Of a stretch of DNA of 64,000 bases, positions 57,055-64,000 are shown in pieces. A program made the position numbers and the translations under genes. The notes below the pieces were generated by a model that worked only from the letters and a program-made list of their open reading frames with translations, was not told the origin of the DNA and searched no databases. The DNA is taken from the NCBI GenBank assembly GCA_951406725.2, contig OX597816.1, positions 97,402,001-97,466,000 of the forward strand, read 5' to 3'. Each line of letters starts with the position of its first letter. Positions within the stretch are counted from its first letter, which is position 1. This DNA is from Octopus vulgaris (lineage: Eukaryota).

Positions 57055-58283
57055 GTTTATCTATATATCTATCTATTTACATGTCTGTATATCTTCATGT
57101 CTGTCTCTCTGTCCTAAATTTCTGTGGATGTATATATTTACCTACTCTGATAATACAGATAATCATTTAAACCCGAAGAAAATTAAAATCCTACGTAACT
57201 AAGATGCCTCAGAATAGCCTCAGGCCTTGGATTCCTACATATAAAACGCTAAAATTAACATCCACCGTTATTTGCTAAGGTTATGTGCCGGTATATCTAG
57301 CGTCCGTCTTTCTGTCTCCTTCTTGTCAATTAATGTATCCCCATAGATACGCCGACAGATAGAGATATAGAAATGGTTACACATTGAATCCTGTAACAAC
57401 TACTAAACTTTTATTTTTATTGTCTGTCACACTATTCTATTATGCTGTGTTTAATATTGTGCAATTGCTTTCCATTCCCGCATTTCTTTCAATCAACACT
57501 CACCCTTCCATTCTCTCTCTGCCTTTCGCTTCAACTTCCCCACATGCCACTGAACTAACATTTGTATACCTCTCTTTTTCTACTTTCTACGTCATTCTTC
57601 AACTAACTAACCACACAATACAATAGAATACGTCTCCCTAGCCTCATATTACCGACACGCTTGTCTCTCTCATTCTGTGTCTCCTTTGAATCCAGTTCAT
57701 GGTAACGACATGCATTCAGTCTTAGGGTAATAACTATTATTTTCCCCCTTCCACACGTCGTTAGCGCTGTTCTCTCACTTTTTCTCTCGCTCTTCGCTTC
57801 TCGCTTCAACTAACCATTTGATGGCGCAAATGTTTCCGCCTTAGTGTATTGATATACAAACCTGCAGTGCCCGAGGAAATTCCACGCTAAATGCGAAATT
57901 GTTCAGACGGTTGGAAATTTATATAACACCATAAACATTGGTGTTTGTTTTGAAACTGTATATTCTGTATTGTCCTCTCGATAAGGCTGTAATTGAACGA
58001 GCATGAATCTCCAATTCTCGTAGCAGTTCAGGCATTCCTTTTAAATATAAGAGCTTCACCATGATTACAAGGAATGTTCATATTACCAATTTGGCAAATT
58101 TAAACAATATTCACATTTTTTTTTTTTTTTGCTTTTTTCTCTCATTTCTATTTTCTCTTCAATCGTGAACACCTCTTATGTGCTGTAAATACTCATTGCA
58201 TTCTCTTTGATTCATATTTTCTCTTCTACATACACACATACATACATACGCATATACATATATGTGTATTTATCTTTGTCTCA

Positions 58284-58363
<80 letters not shown>

Positions 58364-58388
58364 TTATATGTGTGTGTTTGTGTATGTA

Positions 58389-58447
<59 letters not shown>

Positions 58448-58674
58448 ATGCATATCTAATATTCATGTAAACATCAGTTTGCAATATTGTTTTTGTAATT
58501 GCCATTCAATGTGACTAGGGTTTTAAAACACCTATATTGCTAGAAAGGGGATAACCGTCCGAAAATGCATTTTTCGAATGACTAAGGTCCCTGTTTACAA
58601 TAGTAAGCTTTGAGCACTGCATTGGAGCATTTTGGCTCATATTTATAGCAATTTAGATGTATATATATATAAAG

Positions 58675-59340
58675 GGGTAAAGACCCCCTTCGGTCATGAA
58701 TGACCATGGGATTGCACCTAGAAAGTTACCCTCCTAGACACAAGTCAGGGCAAGGTTGTTTATGGAAGGCTAGCAGTCGCCCATGCGTACCAGCCTCCCC
58801 TCTCCACGCCACCAGTGTTATCCAAGGGAAAGACAAAGGTCGATACAGCTTGGCACCAGTGATGTCGCAACTGGAGCAACGTGAAAATAAAGTGCCTTGC
58901 TCAAGAACACAACACGCAGCCCGGTCCGGGATTCGAGCTCACAACCTCACGATCGTAAGCTCGATGCTCTAACCACTGATATATATTATTTAGCGCTCCA
59001 TCGATTACGACGACGAGGGTTCCAGTTGATCCGATCAACGGAAGAGCCTCTTCGTGAAATTAACGTGAGCACCGCACAGACAGGTGTACCCTTAACGTAG
59101 TTCTCGGGGAGATTCGGCGTGACCTAGAGTGTGAAATAGGTACAACAGAAACAGAAAGATAGAGCGAGAGAAATTTGTGATGTAACAGTACAGCAGGGTT
59201 CACCATTACCCGCTGCCAGACCATCATGCAGCTTTAGGTGTTTTCGCTCAATAAACATTCACAACACCCGGTCTGGGAATCGAAACCGCGATCCTACGGC
59301 CGCGAGTCCACTGTCCTAACCACTGGGCCATTGCGCCTCC
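58675..59340 (-). mobile_element. Cluster of three adjacent minus-strand SINEs
   Basis: tRNA-like heads ending at about 58980 and 59340; family C body at 58990-59135; family D at 59150-59340. Confidence 0.7.
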
Positions 59341-59580
59341 GGTAAACTACATGTAGGTGAGACGAGCCGTCGCCTGGCCGACCGGTTCACCGGACATTTA
59401 AGGGATTTTCGTCTACGTTCGAACACCCCCGTCGTCCGTCAATTCCGCTTGGCGAACCATTTCCCCTCTAATATCTCCGTCTTTGGACTCACTCTACACC
59501 ACGGATCGACACACTCACAACTCCGCCTGGAACAGTAGTATATCGTTAATCTACGAACAACTATCCCACCCGAACTAAAC
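59341..59580 (+). pseudogene. C-terminal GIY-YIG endonuclease fragment of a Penelope-like element
   Basis: Single frame GKLHVGETSRRLADRFTGHLRDFR..TPVVRQF..NH..ISVFGL..RLEQ*YIVNLRTTIPPELN; absent from the ORF track; its 5' side abuts a SINE. Confidence 0.85.
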
Positions 59581-59749
59581 ACAGCCCCCTCCTCCTATTG
59601 ATTACCTCTACACCTCTTTCAACAAAGCAACATTATTTCAATTTTCATTTTTGTTTATAATTGCGCCATTTATATTGCATTAACTTCCTTATCTCATTTC
59701 AACCTTAATTTTTATATTTTATTGTTTTTATTAATTTTTTGTTTTTATT

Positions 59750-60360
59750 TCTATATACACGCACAAATACACATACGTACATAACCACGAACGCGCATAT
59801 ACCTCTCACACACACCACACACATACACTACACATACATGCACATATACACACATACTTCCACACCCATACACACACGCCCACATACACCCACGCGCACA
59901 GACACATATGTGCGTACACACACACATACGTGCACAAACGTACACACACATATAAACGTACACACAACCACATACACAAACATACTCAAGCACACGCGCA
60001 TACACGCAATAAAAGGCACACATAACCCGACGCATCTCCACGTTCACCCACACATATATACATGCACGCACATACACACATGCACACACGCACATATACA
60101 CACATGCTCTTATATACACACGCACATACATATACGCACACACACATATACACACGTACACACACACACACACACTAGCACATATTCGCACATATACCTC
60201 CAACACACACGACCTTACAATTGTGAGTGCAACACCCTAGCCACTAGGTCCCGCACCTTCACACACTCACACGCACACACATGTTTACGCACACGTATCC
60301 ATACACGCATGAACATACAGGCACATGCATACACACACACACAAAACACACACACATATA
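59750..60360. repeat. Degenerate (CA)-rich low-complexity tract
   Basis: Seen directly; accounts for the His/Thr-rich ORF 59739-60371. Confidence 0.9.
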
Positions 60361-61317
60361 TCTTTATGTGAAAGTTGTAAAGTGTATTCAATTATATATT
60401 TTACATGGCGCAAACATTATCTGATATAGAACAATATTTTAGTTTGAGTGTTCAGATAAGTTTTATTTTATCAGCTGTGAAAACCCCAGCCTACAGCCAG
60501 CTTCGGATATACTGAAAGTACACCCCTACGCACGCACACATGTATGTATACATGCAAATATACATATTTGTCTATCTCAATATATTGATGTAATTGATGT
60601 ACGTATATTTTCATATATATATATGCCTGTACATATGTATGTATATATGTACGTATGTATATATATATATATATATACATATATATATGTGTGTGTGTGT
60701 GTGTGTTTGTGTGAGTGTGTGTGCGTGTGTGTGTGTTTGTGTGAGTGTGTGTGCGTGTGTGTGTGGGTGTGTTTCTCATGTTACTCTCATAACTGATCCA
60801 TACTACACGCACATATCGGGATACAAATAACATAAAAAAGAAAGCGAATAAAATCCAAATTTCCTACATACCTATTGGCTTCAAAGGATAATAATATATG
60901 AAAAGAACTGATCCTTTGAAACTACAGATCTGTTTTCGAATTTCACTGACAATGTGCTGCATCATGCTTTCAATTCTTTATGCAGTTTGTATCGAAATTG
61001 CTGTCTTGGAAAATTTACTCATACAGAAAAACATTAACTGCAGTTGCTATCAAACACATACTTGGACTATTGAAAGAGTGCGTATTTTTTTTTGTTGCAA
61101 AGGTCATTGCAAAAGAATCTTGGTTTATCACAATAAATCTGACATTCAGGAATGCAGTTACTTTTCCTTTAAAGTCGATTAATAAATTCTCATACATAAA
61201 TATCAAAAAAAGTATATATAAAGTATACATAAGTACACCCTCACATATATATGCACATATACGTATATACATACATATACATATAAATATATATGTAAGT
61301 ATGAATGTATGCCTGTA

Positions 61318-61374
<57 letters not shown>

Positions 61375-61463
61375 GGAGAATTCACAAAAAAAACTAAAGA
61401 CGAAAACAGGTGGTGTAGAAAACAAATAGATATATTAGTATAACGCTCGGGAAGTGAAAATGT

Positions 61464-61499
61464 CTTTAACGTTTCGAGCCGACACTCTTCTACAGAAAA
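61464..61499 (-). ncRNA. Hammerhead-like motif with core variant CTGTAGA
   Basis: Minus strand: tttt CTGTAGA a gagt gtcg gctc GAAA cg TT aaag. Confidence 0.5.
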
Positions 61500-63945
61500 G
61501 AACACAGAAAGAAACAAGGAGAAAAAATAAAGAATGTGTAGAGGTTATATATATGCATATGTAGTACGGCTGTTGCTTTATTTATTAAGTTGCATAAAAG
61601 TTTGTGTATTAGCAGCTGCAAGTCCTCAGTATGTTTTGAGAACATATACACAATTAGTAAATTAATCTGTTAATTCGTTCCAATATGTCTCTTGCTGTTA
61701 AAATGTTTCTCGCAGCATAGTGTATTTGGATGGTGCATTAACTAAAAATATATCTGGTTTTCTAGCCACTAAAATGGTGAATTTAAACACGGAGGTCATT
61801 AGAATAGTGAATTATTGATAAAGGTGTAAGTGGTTGACATGTTCAAGCACTATATATTCTCCATATTTAAATATTGCTTCTAGGAAGGAAATTTAAATGT
61901 ATGTGTCAAAGAAATGAAATTTGATAAAGTAGGAAATATCAGCAAGGTTATTTTATTCAGCAGAAAAGTGATAGTAAAGGTTTTATGTTTGCACACATAT
62001 CCGGAAAAAATATGTAAAAGCCTGAAAAATATATAACATTTCCTTTCAAATATTGCATAAAATATTAAATTATTTATGAATGCATCAAATTTGGTAAAAA
62101 TGGCAACCTGAAATGCAAATAACATTAATCATCACATCCTTCTTTGAAAGAATAACTCTTTCTTTATTCCTCTCTTTCTCTCACTTCTCTCTCTCTCTCC
62201 CTCTCTCTCTTTACTTCTGTGTGTCTCTCTATCACATCTTATACTCCACCTAGTCATACATGTGTTCCTTAAAGCTCCTAATGCTCTTATACTCGCAACC
62301 CAGATAAAAATTAAACTTTGGAAGTATTGTCTTACGTTTCCTATTGTTCATTCTAGAAATAATATAAAAGCCTCTATACGCGTTACATTATTCTGCACTG
62401 ACTGTTATTTAAGACTAAATTATATTCAATACTGAAGATTCCATTCTTTATACTTTATCTTAACTTTTTATTCACATCAGTTATTGGAATTTAGCCATAC
62501 TGGCTCACGCACGTAAAACATTTTAATAGTTTATATCAACACCAATTATTTTTCACGTACATATTGTATTCACTTCCTAAGAAATAAACAGTGTAAAAAC
62601 GTATTAATCAATCGAAATTAAATACCATAGAAAATATATTCAAGGCACCGATTTATTTCTTGCTCCGATACATACACGCATACATACATGTATATATATA
62701 TATATACACATTGTGTGTGTACAGTTAGATGTTCTATAGCTACTGCATGAATTAGGGCTTGACGTAGTTTATCATTATCCAGCCAGTTTCCAGTATAGTG
62801 GTTAGTCTTTTACTCTACTTAGTATTGTTTCTGGTTATTATATTTAGAGCATCTGCAGGAGAAAATGTTGATAAACACGGGTAGAAATTACGATTATCCT
62901 CATACATCTCTATTTATCTCTCAATCTCTCTTTTTATCTCGCTCTAACTCTCCCCTCTCTCTTTCCTCTCTCTTTCTCTTTCTCTCGATATACATGTTTT
63001 GTTTTTGTTATTGCTTTTGTTGTTTTTTTTTCTGTTAGTTGACTTTAACCTTATTGCAAAATTATTCTTATATGGTTGTGATGTTGGATGTTACATGAGA
63101 GAGTATTTACTCCATTCATTCTTCCTATTGAGTGATGGTGTGTGTGCGAGTGCCCACGTGTGTGTGCGTTTGTTGCGTCAGAATGTACTTATAGCCCCTG
63201 TAATCTCTCAAAATTTAGGGATTTTCGGATGTGCCAAATATTCTTCCTTCAACCGCGTTTATCAATCCATTGTGTAAAATATGGATATCAATTTCTGTTT
63301 AGTATGTTCATGCCTTTGATCATATCAGTTATACCTTGCGGCGTTTTTCCTATATAGGTAATGACACCACCTTTGCATCTCATGTGAGATACTAGGTATA
63401 TAGTTTATCTGTGGATCAATTATTCACACTTTCAACTGCACGTAGAAAGTTTTTTCTCTTAAATGGATTTGAAATATGTGATAATGACTTGATGTATATG
63501 GTGGCCTTTCCTATCACTTTCATTTCAAGATTTGTTCCATATCGCTCTTTCCTACATTTCTGGGTTAGCTCACCTCTCAGTGAAACTTGAGAAGTCTCAC
63601 ATCTTGGAATTTCCTACAATCATTTCGGGAGCTTTCCTTGCCTAGTTTCTTTTTTTCTGTTTAAGAATTTATTCCAGTATATAGGCGTCCTCTTATTGCA
63701 TTATTTTATATATCAAACTTCCTATATGACACTCTTTGCATTCTGATTCTGCTCGTTGGACGTACCCCGAGATTTGCACACAGTGGCAACCACCTGTTTT
63801 GTATTATCCTGGATGTTCTGATGTGGGAAGGGTTTGAACTGCGAGATGGTGTTTATGTCTACTCGTAACTAAATACCATCTACCATCATAGTAAATAAAT
63901 ACCATCATACCACTTATAGTCACTTACGTATGACGGGTGTAATAA

Positions 63946-63999
<54 letters not shown>

Positions 64000-64000
64000 A

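Overview
AT-rich, microsatellite-dense eukaryotic repeat DNA with no host protein-coding exon that I can support. The SINE and microsatellite style suggests a cephalopod (octopus-like) intergenic or intronic region; that is an inference. The only near-intact coding sequence is a 5'-truncated R4/Dong-type non-LTR retrotransposon (RT + CCHC + restriction-like endonuclease, 51983-54108). It sits inside a (TAA)n array, and further 3' ends of the same family lie in (TTA)n arrays near 5 kb. Other content: decayed mariner and Tc1 transposases, L1/Tx1, RTE and CR1-type LINE relics, Penelope-like RT and GIY-YIG relics, non-autonomous Helitron-like elements and many tRNA-derived SINEs. The most notable hidden signal is a set of about nine minimal type-I hammerhead ribozyme motifs (CTGANGA...GAAA-palindrome-TH, some with variant or decayed cores) in mostly unrelated short elements. 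Nearly all point towards an adjacent (TA)n or (CA)n microsatellite, and several are linked to fold-back inverted duplications. This suggests a diverse set of microsatellite-anchored, ribozyme-bearing Penelope-like retroelements.
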